From NCBI GenBank assembly GCA_965200595.1, contig CBDAUE010000002.1, positions 346,237 through 410,236 of the forward strand: a stretch of DNA of 64,000 bases, read 5' to 3'. This document shows, piece after piece, positions 22,684 to 34,363 of the stretch. How positions within the stretch are numbered: position 1 is the stretch's first letter; each line of letters starts with the position of its first letter. The notes under the pieces were generated by a model that was given only the letters and a program-made list of their open reading frames with translations, ran no database searches and was not told the DNA's origin. This DNA is from Thermodesulfobacteriota bacterium. GTDB lineage: Bacteria; Desulfobacterota_D; UBA1144; Nemesobacterales; Nemesobacteraceae. The translations under genes were made by a program, and so were the position numbers.

Positions 22684-24393
22684 ATGAAGAAAAGAAAATG
22701 GATAGTAGCAAGACCCGCCAAAGGGCTCACCGAGAGAATTTCGTCAAAGCTTGGCATTTTGCCTGTAACCGCAGGACTTCTGGTAAACAGAGGAATAAGT
22801 TCCATTCAGGACGCCGAGGCTTTTCTTTCTGCAGACCTCTCTGACCTGCCTTCTCCCTTCCTGATGAAAGGGATGGAGGAGGCCGTGACACGTCTTTGCA
22901 GGTGCGTTTACGAAAAGGAAAAAATCGCCGTCTACGGAGACTACGATGTTGACGGAGTCACAGCGACCTCTCTTCTTACGGGTTTTCTGAAGGCTGTGGG
23001 CTGTGACGTTATCTACTATATTCCTGACAGGTTCAAAGAGGGTTACGGAGTGAATTCCGAAGCGATTCGCAATCTTAGCCAAAAGCAGGTGGACCTTGTA
23101 ATCTCGGTTGACTGCGGAATCACTGCAGTGGATGAAGTATCACAGGCAAAAGCGCTGGGAATGGATTTTATAGTAACGGATCATCACAGCTTTTACGGAC
23201 AGGCGCCTGAAGCTGTAGCCATTCTCAATCCCCGTCAGGAGGACTGCCGGTACCCGGGAAAAGAGATTTCAGGCGTCGGAGTAGCCTTTAATCTCGCTCT
23301 TGCACTTAGAAGAACCCTGAGAGAGGAGGGGTTTTTCAATAAAGTTAAAGAACCCAACATGGGGGATTTTCTTGATCTTGTTGCTCTGGGGACAGTCTCT
23401 GACCGTGTACCAATGGATAATGTGAACAGGATTATGGTGAAAGAAGGTCTGAAAAGAATGCGGGGTCGCAAGCGTCTAGGTCTTAGGGCCCTTAAAGAGG
23501 TAAGCGGCATAGACAATGACATAGAGGTATTCGACATCGGTTTTCGTCTTGGTCCAAGGATAAACGCGGTGGGGAGGCTTGGTTCCGCGGACAAGGCGGT
23601 TGAACTTCTTCTCACCGACAGTGAAGAGGACGCTTCTACGCTCGCAAAGATTCTTGACGAACACAACTCCGAGCGTCGAGACATTCAAGAGGAAATACTA
23701 CGCGATGCAACCAGCATGGTTGAATCTGAGCCCGAGTACTTAAATAGCAATTCCCTTGTTCTCTCGTCCCGTGAATGGAATATAGGGGTTGTAGGGATTG
23801 TGGCCGCTTCACTTGCTGGATCTTTCGGAAAACCGGCTTTTCTGATCTCGGTAGACAAAAATGGGGTGGGCAGGGGAAGCGGGAGGTCTTTTGGGGGAAT
23901 TAATATATTTTCTGTTCTCTCAAAATGTGAAGATCTTCTGGATCGGTTCGGCGGACATGCCTACGCGGCAGGAGTGACAATTCTTGAGGAAAATATAGAT
24001 TCTTTCAGGAAGAGATTCTCAGAAGAACTTGAAAAAAGCGGTCAGAAACCTGAAAACAGGATTAATATAGACTCAGAAATCAGTTTTGCTTCAATAAACG
24101 ATACCCTTGTTTCTGAGATTGAATGCCTCGCGCCTTTCGGAGCGAGGAATCCCGAGCCTGTTTTTCTCCTAAAATCCGTTCATATACTGAGTCAGAACCT
24201 GCTTAAGGACCAACATATTATGTTTAGAGTGAAAAACAATGACTCTGTGCTAAACTGTATTTGGTTTTCTGCTCCCCAAGAACATCTTCCCGAAAAAATG
24301 GATCTGGTTTTTTCTCTGCGCTTTGATATCCGAAACAGGAAGAATAGAGGCTTCCGCCTTTTCATAAAAGATGCAAGCGATGCTTCTGAGTAA
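22684..24393 (+). CDS. recJ: single-stranded-DNA exonuclease RecJ
   Basis: GDYDVDG, VDCG, TDHH, PRINAVGR, GSGRS, FGGH. Confidence 0.96.
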   Translation: MKKRKWIVARPAKGLTERISSKLGILPVTAGLLVNRGISSIQDAEAFLSADLSDLPSPFLMKGMEEAVTRLCRCVYEKEKIAVYGDYDVDGVTATSLLTGFLKAVGCDVIYYIPDRFKEGYGVNSEAIRNLSQKQVDLVISVDCGITAVDEVSQAKALGMDFIVTDHHSFYGQAPEAVAILNPRQEDCRYPGKEISGVGVAFNLALALRRTLREEGFFNKVKEPNMGDFLDLVALGTVSDRVPMDNVNRIMVKEGLKRMRGRKRLGLRALKEVSGIDNDIEVFDIGFRLGPRINAVGRLGSADKAVELLLTDSEEDASTLAKILDEHNSERRDIQEEILRDATSMVESEPEYLNSNSLVLSSREWNIGVVGIVAASLAGSFGKPAFLISVDKNGVGRGSGRSFGGINIFSVLSKCEDLLDRFGGHAYAAGVTILEENIDSFRKRFSEELEKSGQKPENRINIDSEISFASINDTLVSEIECLAPFGARNPEPVFLLKSVHILSQNLLKDQHIMFRVKNNDSVLNCIWFSAPQEHLPEKMDLVFSLRFDIRNRKNRGFRLFIKDASDASE

Positions 24394-24549
24394 ATCCATT
24401 TCCGGTATTTGACGTAATCCCCTAGCGGTTTTGTGATAGTCGTCTTTTTTTCTTTTTCCACAAAGAGAGATTATGCGTAGGAAATCTATCCTCTCAGTTT
24501 TGTTGATCTGTGTAAATACAGGATAAGGGACGGGTCTCTATCCGCACAC

Positions 24550-25870
24550 AGAAGTGGACCCCAAAAATCAGACAGCATCTTAAGTGTATTTCCTTGGTAT
24601 TCTAAAAGAGTATACAGGAGGTACATAATGAAGAGTAAAAGACGTAATCATTCACCGCAGTTCAAGGCAAAGGTAGCGTTTTTGGCGGTAAAAGGAGACA
24701 AGACAGTAGCGGAGCTTGCCCGGCAGTTTGAGGTTCATCCCAATCAGATAAGCATGTGGAAGAAGAAGCAGCTCGGCAACGCCGCGGACAAAGTGTTCGG
24801 CCAGGGGGCGGGCAGCAAGGCGGCGGGCGAGAGCAAGTACGTAAACCAGCTTGAATCCAAGGTGGGCCAGCTGACGCTGGAGAACGATTTTTTATCAAAG
24901 GCGCTCGGTCGGCAGCGGCGCAAGAAGTTGGTAGTGCGCGGCCGGGCACTTTCTTTGGTAAGGCAGTGCAAACTGCTGGATATAAATCGCTCAAATATTT
25001 ACTACAAACCTGTGGGGGTATCCCCGCAGGACGAAGAGATTATGAAGAAGATTGACAGGATCTACATTAAGTATCCGTTTAAGGGTTCAAGAAGGATGGT
25101 GTACGCCCTTAAGGCACAGGGCGTACAGGTGGGCAGAAAGCGTGTTATGAGGCTTATGGGGATACGAGGGCTTGCTCCCGGCCCCCAGACTACAAAGAAA
25201 GGGGGAGCAGAGCACAGGATATACCCGTATCTGCTGCGGGGGAAGACTGTAGAGCTTCCCGGGCAGGTATGGGCGGCAGACATAACGTATATAGAGATGA
25301 GCAGGGGTTTTGTGTATCTGTGTGCGGTAATGGACTGGCACTCGTGCAAGGTTCTTAGCTGGAGAGTGTCTAACACAATGGACAGCAGTTTTTGCGTGGA
25401 GGCTCTGGAAGAAGCGCTTTACAAGTATGATAAGCCCGAGATATTCAACACCGATCAAGGAAGCCAGTTCACAAGTGAAGAGTTTACGGGAGTTCTTAAA
25501 GACAGAGATATAAAGATAAGCATGGACGGCAAGGGAAGCTGGAGAGACAATGTTTTTGTGGAGAGGCTTTGGAGAAGTGTTAAGTACGAGGAAGTGTATC
25601 TGATGGCATATGAATCCGTTGCCTCGGCAAAGGCTGGTATAGGGAAGTGGATAGATTTTTACAATGAAAAAAGACCACATCAGGGGCTTGGAATGAAAAC
25701 ACCGGATGAGGTTTACTATGGTCTTGGGACAGCACAGAAGAATGTGGCTTGAAGCAATGAGACAAACAGAGCAGAGAGTTTATGGTTTTGGGAGTCTTAA
25801 AGATGGTTATGCGTTGGTGGGAATACACTTAAGAAAACAAAAATGCTGTCTAAAAAAGGGGACCACCTCT
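24550..25870 (+). mobile_element. IS3-family element copy 2; transposase 24628-25752
   Basis: Near-identical to copy 1, same ends, 1321 bp. Confidence 0.96.
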
Positions 25871-26284
25871 GTTTTTGCCCTTAAAAACGCAGAACACATA
25901 GATATGAGCCCAACGCTTGATGCCCTCTCTGAATTTTCCGGTTTCGGCATTCCAGCTTCTGTGAGGAGCAATGCCAAAATTGATAATGGAAGGTTCTGTC
26001 TGCTCCCATGACTGCACATATGCGGAGTTTTTGACTTCAATTGAAGTGCCGGATTCCATACGTATATCAGCCTCATCCCACTCTCTTCTTGGTTTTTTGT
26101 CGAGACCCAGTGCCGCAACAACAAGAAATTCTGCCAGAATTCCGCGGGCGGTGTTATCCAGAGGCATGGATCCTGACCATCTCCAATAGTCGATCAATAA
26201 CAGCGGTTGCGTGATTCCCGGCCCGTGAAACGGTTCCTGTCCGTCCAGCAGTATGGCTTCATGTTGGGGTAGTCCGTCACTCAC
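25871..26284 (-). pseudogene. N-terminal half of putative PD-(D/E)XK nuclease-like gene
   Basis: RGILAEFLV, WDEADI, IEVK motifs; interrupted at FKGKN by the IS end. Confidence 0.8.
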
Positions 26285-26446
26285 AATACATTACATACCT
26301 GAAAAAGAGATGCCGAGGCACGTATGACACACAAAATCAGGTCATTTACAGACGGATTTTAGCACGTGAAACAAAGAGCGGTCTTTATTGCCTGTTTGTG
26401 CTTTATTAAGTATATATTTGCAACCTGTTGCAGGCTTTTCCATTCC

Positions 26447-29400
26447 ATGCCCAAGAGAACCGACATAAAAACCATAATGGTCATCGGCTCCGGTCCGATA
26501 GTGATAGGACAGGCCTGCGAGTTTGACTATTCGGGCACCCAGGCGTGCAAAGTGCTGAAAGAAGAAGGCTACAGGGTGGTTCTGGTAAACAGCAATCCGG
26601 CCACCATAATGACTGACCCTGACTTTGCCGACAGCACTTATGTGGAGCCGCTCGTTCCCGAAATACTGGAAAAAATAATAGAAAAGGAAAAACCCGATGC
26701 CATTCTGCCCACAATAGGCGGACAGACGGCACTTAATCTTGCCGTCTTGCTTGCCGAGTCAGGTGTGCTCAAACGCCACGGTGTAGAGCTCATAGGTGCG
26801 AAAATCCCCGCCATAAAGAAAGCTGAGAACAGGGATCTTTTCAAAAAAGCCATAGAGGATATAGGTCTTGAGGTGCCGAAAAGCGGCGTCGCGCATGATA
26901 TGGAAGAGGCTTGGGAAATTGTGGACGAAATAGGGTTTCCGGTCATCATACGGCCTTCGTTCACCCTTGGCGGAACCGGCGGAAGCGTTGCCTACAACAA
27001 AGAGGAATTTCAGGAGTTTGCCAAGGCAGGAATCGAAAGCTCTCCGGTAAGCGAGATACTCATAGAGGAATCCATAGTGGGGTGGAAGGAGTTTGAGTAC
27101 GAAGTCATGCGGGACCATATGGACAACGTCGTCATAATCTGCTCCATAGAGAATTTTGACGCCATGGGCGTTCACACCGGAGACAGTATAACGGTGGCCC
27201 CCGCGCAGACCCTTACCGACAAGGAATATCAGCATATGCGCGATGCTTCCATAGCGATAATCAGGGAAATCGGCGTTGAAACCGGCGGTTCTAACATTCA
27301 GTTCGCCGTCAACCCCAAAGACGGGCGGATGATGGTGATAGAGATGAATCCGAGGGTTTCGAGAAGCTCCGCGCTTGCCTCGAAAGCCACCGGGTTTCCG
27401 ATTGCCAAGATAGCGGCAAAGCTTGCGGTCGGTTATTCGCTCGACGAGATCTCAAACGATATAACCAAGTATACGCCCGCATCTTTCGAACCGACGATAG
27501 ATTACGTTGTGGTAAAAATACCAAGGTTTGCGTTTGAAAAATTTCCCCAGACCAGACCCTCTCTCACAACACAGATGAAATCCGTGGGGGAAGCCATGTC
27601 AATTGCAAGGACTTTCAAAGAGTCCCTGCAGAAGGCTATGAGATCTCTTGAGATAGATTCCTACGGTTTCGAGAAAGTCTCCGATGATCCCGAACAGATA
27701 AGAGAGGAACTCAGAGTTCCCTCTCCCCGGCGCCTGTGGTACATAGCCGATGCGTTTCGTCTGGGCATGGACCTTGAGGAAATCTACTCGATCTCCCACG
27801 TGGATCCGTGGTTTCTTGGAAATATAAAGCAGATTGTCGATTTCGAATCGGATATTGCAGAGCAGGGGCTTAACCTCAAGACCATGCTTCAGGCAAAGCG
27901 CCACGGTTTTTCCGACATCAAGATCGCGGAAATACTCTCCACGCAGGAAGGGGAGGTGAGAAATTTCCGCCTGCGCGAGGGAATTGAGCCTGCTTTTAAG
28001 ATGGTTGATACCTGTGCCGCCGAATTCGAGGCCTACACGCCCTATCTTTACTCCACTTTCGAGAGCGAAAGCGAAGCGCTTCCCACCGAGAGAAAAAAGG
28101 TTGTGATACTCGGCGGCGGGCCGAACCGCATAGGCCAGGGCATAGAGTTTGACTACTGCTGCGTGCACGCGTCTTTTGCGCTCCGGGAAGAAGGTTACGA
28201 AGCCGTTATGGTTAACTGCAACCCTGAAACCGTAAGTACGGATTACGACACTTCGGACAGGCTTTACTTCGAACCGCTTACACTTGAAGACACCCTAGCT
28301 CTCATAAGAAGGGAGAATCCATGGGGAGTTATAGTTCACCTCGGAGGCCAGACCCCGCTTCGCCTTGCCCTCGCACTTGAGGAGGAAGGTGTGAAGATAA
28401 TAGGAACTTCCCCCGAGAGCATAGACCTTGCCGAGGACAGAGACAGGTTCACAAAGCTCGTTTCGGATCTGGGACTGCTTCAGCCCCAAAGCGATACCGC
28501 CAGAAGCGAAGCGCAGGCCATTGGCATAGCCCGTGAAATAGGATATCCGGTAATGGTCCGTCCATCTTACGTTCTGGGCGGTCGCGCAATGGAGATAGTT
28601 TACGACGAGGAGTCTCTTCGCAGCTACGTACGGGAAGCTGCAAGCGTTTCGCCGAACCACCCGATACTGATAGACAAGTTTCTAAAAGACGCAAAGGAAG
28701 TCGATGTGGACGCGGTTTGCGACGGGAAAACGGTTGTTGTGGGCGGGGTGCTTGAGCACATTGAAGAAGCGGGGGTTCATTCCGGAGACAGCGCGGCGAT
28801 TCTTCCCCCGCTTTCGATTGAACCTGAAATCATCGAGGAAATAAAATCCCAGACGAAAAAACTTGCGCTTTCTCTGGATGTCAGAGGGCTTGTCAATATC
28901 CAGTTTGCCGTAAAGAACAAAGAGGTTTACATAATCGAGGTAAACCCCAGAGCAAGCCGAACCGTTCCTTTCGTGAGCAAAGCCATAGGAGTTCAGCTGG
29001 CCAAGATAGGGACTAAAGTGATGACCGGAAAATCTCTTGAAGAACTCAACTACACGCAGGAAATCGTCCCGGAGCATTACTGCGTAAAGGAATCGGTGTT
29101 TCCTTTCGTCAAGTTCCCCGAAGTTGACACGATTCTGGGCCCGGAGATGAAGTCCACCGGCGAGGTTATGGGAATCGCTCCCGACCTTGATCAGGCGTTT
29201 GCCAAATCCCAGATCGCGGCCGGCAACAGCCTCCCTTCCTCAGGAGTAGCCTTCATAAGCGTAAAAGACGAGGATAAATCCGACAAGATGCTTGACATAG
29301 CCTGGAGGCTGAGCGATACCGGTTTTGATATAATGGCTACCCGGGGCACATATGAATTTCTCAACAGAAATGGTATTATTTCCCGAACGGTGAACAAGGT

Positions 29401-29635
29401 TAAGCAGGGCCGTCCCCACATAGTCGATCATCTTAAAAACGGTGAGGTGCAGCTGGTTATAAATACCACTTTCGGCAAGAAGGAGATCGCGCAGTCGTAT
29501 TCCATAAGAAGGACGGCGCTTGTAAACAATGTTCCTTATTTCACCACTATTGCCGGTGCGGTCGCCGGAGTTGGTGCTATCGAGGCCTTGGCGAGAATCG
29601 GTCTCGATGTAAGGGCTTTGCAAAGCTATTATTAA
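26447..29635 (+). CDS. carB: carbamoyl-phosphate synthase large subunit
   Basis: MPKRTDI start, [17 protein letters not shown], two ATP-grasp halves, MGS domain. Confidence 0.98.
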   Translation: MPKRTDIKTIMVIGSGPIVIGQACEFDYSGTQACKVLKEEGYRVVLVNSNPATIMTDPDFADSTYVEPLVPEILEKIIEKEKPDAILPTIGGQTALNLAVLLAESGVLKRHGVELIGAKIPAIKKAENRDLFKKAIEDIGLEVPKSGVAHDMEEAWEIVDEIGFPVIIRPSFTLGGTGGSVAYNKEEFQEFAKAGIESSPVSEILIEESIVGWKEFEYEVMRDHMDNVVIICSIENFDAMGVHTGDSITVAPAQTLTDKEYQHMRDASIAIIREIGVETGGSNIQFAVNPKDGRMMVIEMNPRVSRSSALASKATGFPIAKIAAKLAVGYSLDEISNDITKYTPASFEPTIDYVVVKIPRFAFEKFPQTRPSLTTQMKSVGEAMSIARTFKESLQKAMRSLEIDSYGFEKVSDDPEQIREELRVPSPRRLWYIADAFRLGMDLEEIYSISHVDPWFLGNIKQIVDFESDIAEQGLNLKTMLQAKRHGFSDIKIAEILSTQEGEVRNFRLREGIEPAFKMVDTCAAEFEAYTPYLYSTFESESEALPTERKKVVILGGGPNRIGQGIEFDYCCVHASFALREEGYEAVMVNCNPETVSTDYDTSDRLYFEPLTLEDTLALIRRENPWGVIVHLGGQTPLRLALALEEEGVKIIGTSPESIDLAEDRDRFTKLVSDLGLLQPQSDTARSEAQAIGIAREIGYPVMVRPSYVLGGRAMEIVYDEESLRSYVREAASVSPNHPILIDKFLKDAKEVDVDAVCDGKTVVVGGVLEHIEEAGVHSGDSAAILPPLSIEPEIIEEIKSQTKKLALSLDVRGLVNIQFAVKNKEVYIIEVNPRASRTVPFVSKAIGVQLAKIGTKVMTGKSLEELNYTQEIVPEHYCVKESVFPFVKFPEVDTILGPEMKSTGEVMGIAPDLDQAFAKSQIAAGNSLPSSGVAFISVKDEDKSDKMLDIAWRLSDTGFDIMATRGTYEFLNRNGIISRTVNKVKQGRPHIVDHLKNGEVQLVINTTFGKKEIAQSYSIRRTALVNNVPYFTTIAGAVAGVGAIEALARIGLDVRALQSYY

Positions 29636-29676
29636 CCCTATCTGTGGTTATAAGTTGAGGCGAGGAGGAGACTTCA

Positions 29677-30153
29677 ATGAGCGTCCAGAGAGTTCTGATT
29701 ACTCCCGATGGATGGAAAAAGCTTAGGGATGAACTTCACAGACTGAAGACCGTCGAAAGACAGGAAGTGATCAGACTTATAGAATATGCCAGATCCCTGG
29801 GCGATCTTTCCGAAAACGCCGAGTACGAGACCGCCAAGCAGAAACAGTCGTTCATAGAGGGGAGGATACAGGAGCTTGAAGACCGCCTTAGCCGTGCCGA
29901 AGTGATTGACCCTGAGAAAATCACTGCTCGGGACCGGGTGGTTTTCGGTCTTACGGTTACGGTGGAGGATGTTGATTCCGGAGACATAAAAAAGTACAAG
30001 CTCGTGGGAGAAGATGAATCCGAGCCCGAAATTGGTCTTATATCCGTTACCTCTCCGGTCGGCAGCGCGCTTATTGGGAAAAGAGTCGATGACGAAATAC
30101 AGGCCAGGGTTCCGGGAGGAATTAAGGAGTTTCTGGTTATTAATATAGAATAA
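29677..30153 (+). CDS. greA: transcription elongation factor GreA
   Basis: GDLSENAEY, ISVTSPVGSALIGK. Confidence 0.96.
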   Translation: MSVQRVLITPDGWKKLRDELHRLKTVERQEVIRLIEYARSLGDLSENAEYETAKQKQSFIEGRIQELEDRLSRAEVIDPEKITARDRVVFGLTVTVEDVDSGDIKKYKLVGEDESEPEIGLISVTSPVGSALIGKRVDDEIQARVPGGIKEFLVINIE

Positions 30154-30162
30154 CGTTTTGGT

Positions 30163-30756
30163 ATGGGCAGGCCGGTTGACAATATTAAAAAATTCATCCT
30201 GTTTTCAATTGTTTTCCATATTCTTATATCTCTTGCCTGGGGAAAGATTGTCGTGCAGAAAAGCGTTCCCATACACGGCGATCACATAGAGGTCTCCCTC
30301 AAGCGTTTTGAATTAAAGAAACCTAAACCTGAAAAAAAAGTCGTAAAGAAGAAAAAAGTTGTCAAAAAGAAAGTTGAGAAGAAAAAGGAAAAAGTCGTAA
30401 AGAAAAGAGATGACTCCCTGGCGCTTAAAAAGAAAGCAGAACCCGAACCTGCCCCCGAAGAAGAACCCGAAGATAGCAGTTATCAGATTGCGAGACCGTC
30501 CTACGGCTTTACCCCCAGACCTGCCTATCCTACCGTTGCAATAAGACGCGGTTACGAGGGCAGCGTGATACTTAATGTGTACGTGCTTCCAAACGGGGAG
30601 CCCGGGGAAGTGACCATCTCCGAGTCATCGGGTCACAAGGTTCTTGACAAGGCCGCTTTGAAGGCTGTAAAAAAGTGGAAATTCCAACCGGCGCAAAAAG
30701 GCTTCAAAGCAGTTTCAAGTTGGGTCAAGGTTCCTATAGAGTTTCGGCTGGAATGA
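30163..30756 (+). CDS. tonB: energy transducer TonB family protein
   Basis: N-terminal TM, Lys/Pro/Glu-rich linker, YP..A...G.EG, SSG..LD.AA...WKF.PA. Confidence 0.85.
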   Translation: MGRPVDNIKKFILFSIVFHILISLAWGKIVVQKSVPIHGDHIEVSLKRFELKKPKPEKKVVKKKKVVKKKVEKKKEKVVKKRDDSLALKKKAEPEPAPEEEPEDSSYQIARPSYGFTPRPAYPTVAIRRGYEGSVILNVYVLPNGEPGEVTISESSGHKVLDKAALKAVKKWKFQPAQKGFKAVSSWVKVPIEFRLE

Positions 30757-30790
30757 GGCTTAACCCTTCGCCGGGAGTTTACGGGATTTC

Positions 30791-31291
30791 ATGTTTTTCT
30801 TCATGAGAAATTATCTTAGCGTATTCGTTGCAGCTTCTGTGGTAGTCCTGCTTGACCAGCTGACCAAGTGGCTTGTTACAGTCCATGTACCGTATCTGTC
30901 CAGGATAAATGTGTTTTCATGGTTCGACATAACGCATTTGCGAAACCCGGGAATCGCCTTTGGCATGCTAAGGAACATGTCCGAGGATATAAGATTTTAC
31001 TTCTATATAATCGTTTTCGTTTTAGTGCTTGTAGTGGTCCTTTTATTTCTTCGCACGCTTGAAAAGGAGCGGAGGATTTTTCGATATGCGCTTGCTTTGT
31101 TGCTTGGGGGAGCTGTTGGAAATTCAATAGACAGGTTTGCCTACGGATACGTGACTGATTTCATTGCAGTTTACTGGCCCGGGAGGCCGGATCTGCTCTG
31201 GCCTCCTTTTAACGTGGCTGACTCTGCTATCACGGTCGGGGCCGTTTCGATCCTGATTTGCGGAATCGCGGGACGCAGCAAGGAGAATTAA
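30791..31291 (+). CDS. lspA: lipoprotein signal peptidase II
   Basis: DQLTK, NPGIAFG, GNSIDR, VTDF, FNVAD. Confidence 0.95.
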   Translation: MFFFMRNYLSVFVAASVVVLLDQLTKWLVTVHVPYLSRINVFSWFDITHLRNPGIAFGMLRNMSEDIRFYFYIIVFVLVLVVVLLFLRTLEKERRIFRYALALLLGGAVGNSIDRFAYGYVTDFIAVYWPGRPDLLWPPFNVADSAITVGAVSILICGIAGRSKEN

Positions 31292-31924
31292 ATGTTTAGC
31301 GGTATAGTTGAAGATATAGGAGCCGTGCGGGCGCTTGAGAAAAAAGACAAGGGCGTTGTTTTGAGAGTAGGGGTTCGCAGGATTGATGTCGCAGAACTGG
31401 CATTGGGAGAAAGCGTGGCCGTAAACGGCGTATGTCTTACGGTGGTTTCCGTCGGAGACGGGAGTTTTTCCGTTGACGCGTCTCATGAAACTCTTTCTGC
31501 AACCAACCTGTCTGGCCTCAGGGCGGGGAGCGGAGTGAATCTTGAGAGATCTCTTCGGATGGGAGACAGGATGGGCGGACATATGGTCACGGGTCATGTG
31601 GACGGAGTCGGCGTGGTTCGGTCCATTGCTGCTGTGGGAGAATCCAGAGTTTTTTCTTTCTCGATTCCGGCATTGCTTTCAAAGTATGTGGTCAGAAAAG
31701 GATCGGTTGCCGTTGACGGCGTAAGTCTCACCGTCAATTCGGTAAAGGGCACTGAGTTTTCGGTAAACATAATTCCCTACACGCTTCGGGAGACGGTTTT
31801 CTCCGAATTTCGAAGTGGCAGAAAAGTTAATATAGAGTGCGACATAATAGGCAAGTACGTTGAGAAAATGCTCTCCGGCATAAATGTCCCCGAAGAGGGT
31901 TCTCCCGCCGTAAGAAAACTGTAA
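31292..31924 (+). CDS. ribE: riboflavin synthase alpha chain
   Basis: MFSGIV, NGVCLTV, VNLER, GGHMVTGHVD, DGVSLTV. Confidence 0.95.
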   Translation: MFSGIVEDIGAVRALEKKDKGVVLRVGVRRIDVAELALGESVAVNGVCLTVVSVGDGSFSVDASHETLSATNLSGLRAGSGVNLERSLRMGDRMGGHMVTGHVDGVGVVRSIAAVGESRVFSFSIPALLSKYVVRKGSVAVDGVSLTVNSVKGTEFSVNIIPYTLRETVFSEFRSGRKVNIECDIIGKYVEKMLSGINVPEEGSPAVRKL

Positions 31925-31930
31925 ACTGAC

Positions 31931-32443
31931 TTGAGCGAGAAGCGGCATATTTTTCTTACGGGGTTTATGGGAGCGGGCAAAACAAGCGTCGGCAGGGAGC
32001 TTTCCGGAAAACTGCGAATGAATTTCTATGATCTTGACAGTGAAGTGGAACGGAAAGAAGGTCTTTCTGTAGCCGAGATATTCGAAGCGAAGGGAGAGCA
32101 GGGCTTCAGGCAGAGGGAAACTGAAATGCTCGCCGCTCTTTCTCAGAAAAGATCCCCGGCCGTGATCTCGTCGGGGGGAGGTGCGGTTCTGCGGCAGCAG
32201 AATCGCGAAATAATGGAGGCTTCGGGCGAGGTCTTCTATCTGCGGGCGGATATAGATATCCTTTGGGACAGAGTGAGGAGCGAGAAGGGAAGACCCCTCC
32301 TTGACGTCAGTCACCCTCGTGCCGAATTCCATGAACTGTTTATGAAAAGAAAGGATATTTACGAACTCTCGCCGCATGTTGTTTTTACGGATGATATGAG
32401 TATCTCTGAAGTTGCTGATAAAATAGTCGGGATGCTCAAATGA
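31931..32443 (+). CDS. aroK: shikimate kinase
   Basis: GFMGAGKT P-loop, DLD, GEQGFR, GGG, RPLL. Confidence 0.95.
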   Translation: MSEKRHIFLTGFMGAGKTSVGRELSGKLRMNFYDLDSEVERKEGLSVAEIFEAKGEQGFRQRETEMLAALSQKRSPAVISSGGGAVLRQQNREIMEASGEVFYLRADIDILWDRVRSEKGRPLLDVSHPRAEFHELFMKRKDIYELSPHVVFTDDMSISEVADKIVGMLK

Positions 32444-32459
32444 AGCTGGAGGCTTAACT

Positions 32460-33914
32460 ATGAAAAAAACGGTTTTCTTGTTTCTTGCTGTCTGTTTTCT
32501 GCTTGCTGGTTCCCTTTCGTGCGCTAAAGTGGAGGAAGACAAAGAAAGCTCTGAATTCCTTCCGAGCCTGGACGTCCCTGAACTTCTTTCCTCTCCCGGT
32601 TCTTCAGAGAACTTTCCCTCTCTGGCGGGTCTTGTCGAGAAGCAGAAGCATTCTGTTGTGAACATAAGCACCACCAGTGTCGTGAAGCAGGGGAGAATGT
32701 TTCCCGGTTTTGGCGAAGGAGACCCTTTTGAAGAGTTTTTCAAGAGGTTTTTTCCGAACGACCGGGAACGGGGGTTCAGACAAAAGGGCCTGGGTTCCGG
32801 GTTCATAGTCACTGAAGACGGCTACATAGTTACCAACAACCATGTGATCAGCAGAGCAGAAGACATACAGGTCGTTCTCTATGACGGATCAAGGCATACG
32901 GCTGAGATTGTGGGACAGGATTCGAAAACGGATCTTGCGGTCCTTAAGATAAAGCCTGAAAAAAAACTGAAACCCGTTGTTTTTGGAGATTCGGACAAAC
33001 TCAGAATCGGTGACTGGGTCATGGCGGTCGGGAATCCCTTTGGACTCGGCTACACAGTAACGGTCGGAATAGTGAGCGCCAAGGGAAGGTCTCTGGGTCT
33101 CGGCGCCTACGATGATTTCATTCAAACCGATGCATCCCTCAATCCCGGAAACAGCGGAGGTCCGCTCTTTGACCTCGGCGGGGCGGTGGTTGGCGTTAAC
33201 ACTGCGATAGCTGCCAGAGGCCAGGGAATAGGCTTTTCCATACCAACAAACATGGCCAAAGAGGTTATATCCCAGCTCATGGAGAAAGGCAAAGTGGTGA
33301 GGGGATGGCTGGGAGTCATGGTTCAGCCTATAACGCAGGAGATAGCCGAGAGCATGGGGCGTAAGAGTACCGATGGAGCTCTTATCTCCGATATAAGCCC
33401 GGGAAGAAGCCCCGCGGAGAAAGCGGGCCTGCAGAGAGGGGATGTGGTGGTGAAATTTGACGGGGAAACTATAAATGAATTTACGTCCTTGCCCAAGCTT
33501 GTGGGAATGAAAGCTCCGGGCACTTCCTGTAAAATCACGGTTCTGCGCGACGGGAAAAGCAAGGAACTTTCCGTTGTTCTCGGTAAGATGCCGGATGAAG
33601 AAACTCCTGCGGAGTCTCAGCGGGACGAGGATATTGAATTAAGCGACATTACCCCTGATATAGCCGCGCGGTTTGGCGTTGAGTATAAAGAAGCCGGAGT
33701 GCTTGTTACGAACGTGGACCGTGCCAGTTCCGCCTGGGAGGCCGGGTTCCGTCCCGGGGATGTGATACTTGAGGTCAACAAGAACTCCGTGGAAAACCTT
33801 GCAGACTACAATAAGATCATAAGCGGCCTGAAACCCGAAAAGCAGTATCTTTTTCTGGTAAAGAAACGCAGGAACACTATGTACATTGGCTATGCTCCCA
33901 AAAATAAGCAGTAA
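32460..33914 (+). CDS. degP: DegP/DegQ (HtrA) serine protease with two PDZ domains
   Basis: GSGFI, TNNHV, DLAV, QTDASLNPGNSGGP, RGWLGV. Confidence 0.93.
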   Translation: MKKTVFLFLAVCFLLAGSLSCAKVEEDKESSEFLPSLDVPELLSSPGSSENFPSLAGLVEKQKHSVVNISTTSVVKQGRMFPGFGEGDPFEEFFKRFFPNDRERGFRQKGLGSGFIVTEDGYIVTNNHVISRAEDIQVVLYDGSRHTAEIVGQDSKTDLAVLKIKPEKKLKPVVFGDSDKLRIGDWVMAVGNPFGLGYTVTVGIVSAKGRSLGLGAYDDFIQTDASLNPGNSGGPLFDLGGAVVGVNTAIAARGQGIGFSIPTNMAKEVISQLMEKGKVVRGWLGVMVQPITQEIAESMGRKSTDGALISDISPGRSPAEKAGLQRGDVVVKFDGETINEFTSLPKLVGMKAPGTSCKITVLRDGKSKELSVVLGKMPDEETPAESQRDEDIELSDITPDIAARFGVEYKEAGVLVTNVDRASSAWEAGFRPGDVILEVNKNSVENLADYNKIISGLKPEKQYLFLVKKRRNTMYIGYAPKNKQ

Positions 33915-33931
33915 CAGTAGGCTCCAGGCAA

Positions 33932-34363
33932 TTACTCTGTGCGGATGATTTTCTTTCGGAATTTTTCCGGCATCCGCACGGTCCTTCTCTCTTTGTAGTC
34001 AAAAAACACTAAAGAGGTCCTGACCTTGGCGACCTCCTTGCCGCTTTTTTCGTTCGCAAGTGCGTAGATGAGCTCGACAAAGTGGTTTCCGTACTCGCCG
34101 ATGCCGATGCTTATTTCCATCACATCTCCGTAAAACGCTTCCGAACTGTAAGTGATTCCGACGTCTCCCATTATGATTCCCACTCCCTCTATATCGGCTT
34201 CCGTGTAGCCGTGTGCCGTAAGAAACCTTACACGGGCCTCGTGCGCAAGGGTTAACACCGAGTCGTGTCCGAGATGAGAACCATAATTTATGTCGTCTAT
34301 TCTTATCGGAATTTGTGTTGAAAAGACGAATCTGCTCGGCAGATCTATTTTTATTCTTGCCAT
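33932..34363 (-). CDS. hotdog-fold acyl-CoA thioesterase
   Basis: IRIDDINYGSHLG, HEAR, EAFYGD. Confidence 0.85.
   Translation of the reverse strand: MARIKIDLPSRFVFSTQIPIRIDDINYGSHLGHDSVLTLAHEARVRFLTAHGYTEADIEGVGIIMGDVGITYSSEAFYGDVMEISIGIGEYGNHFVELIYALANEKSGKEVAKVRTSLVFFDYKERRTVRMPEKFRKKIIRTE

Noticed and set aside
31679-32812. Long antisense ORFs (also 9267-10109, 45379-46140 and others)
   Set aside because: Shadows opposite well-supported genes, with no recognisable motifs.
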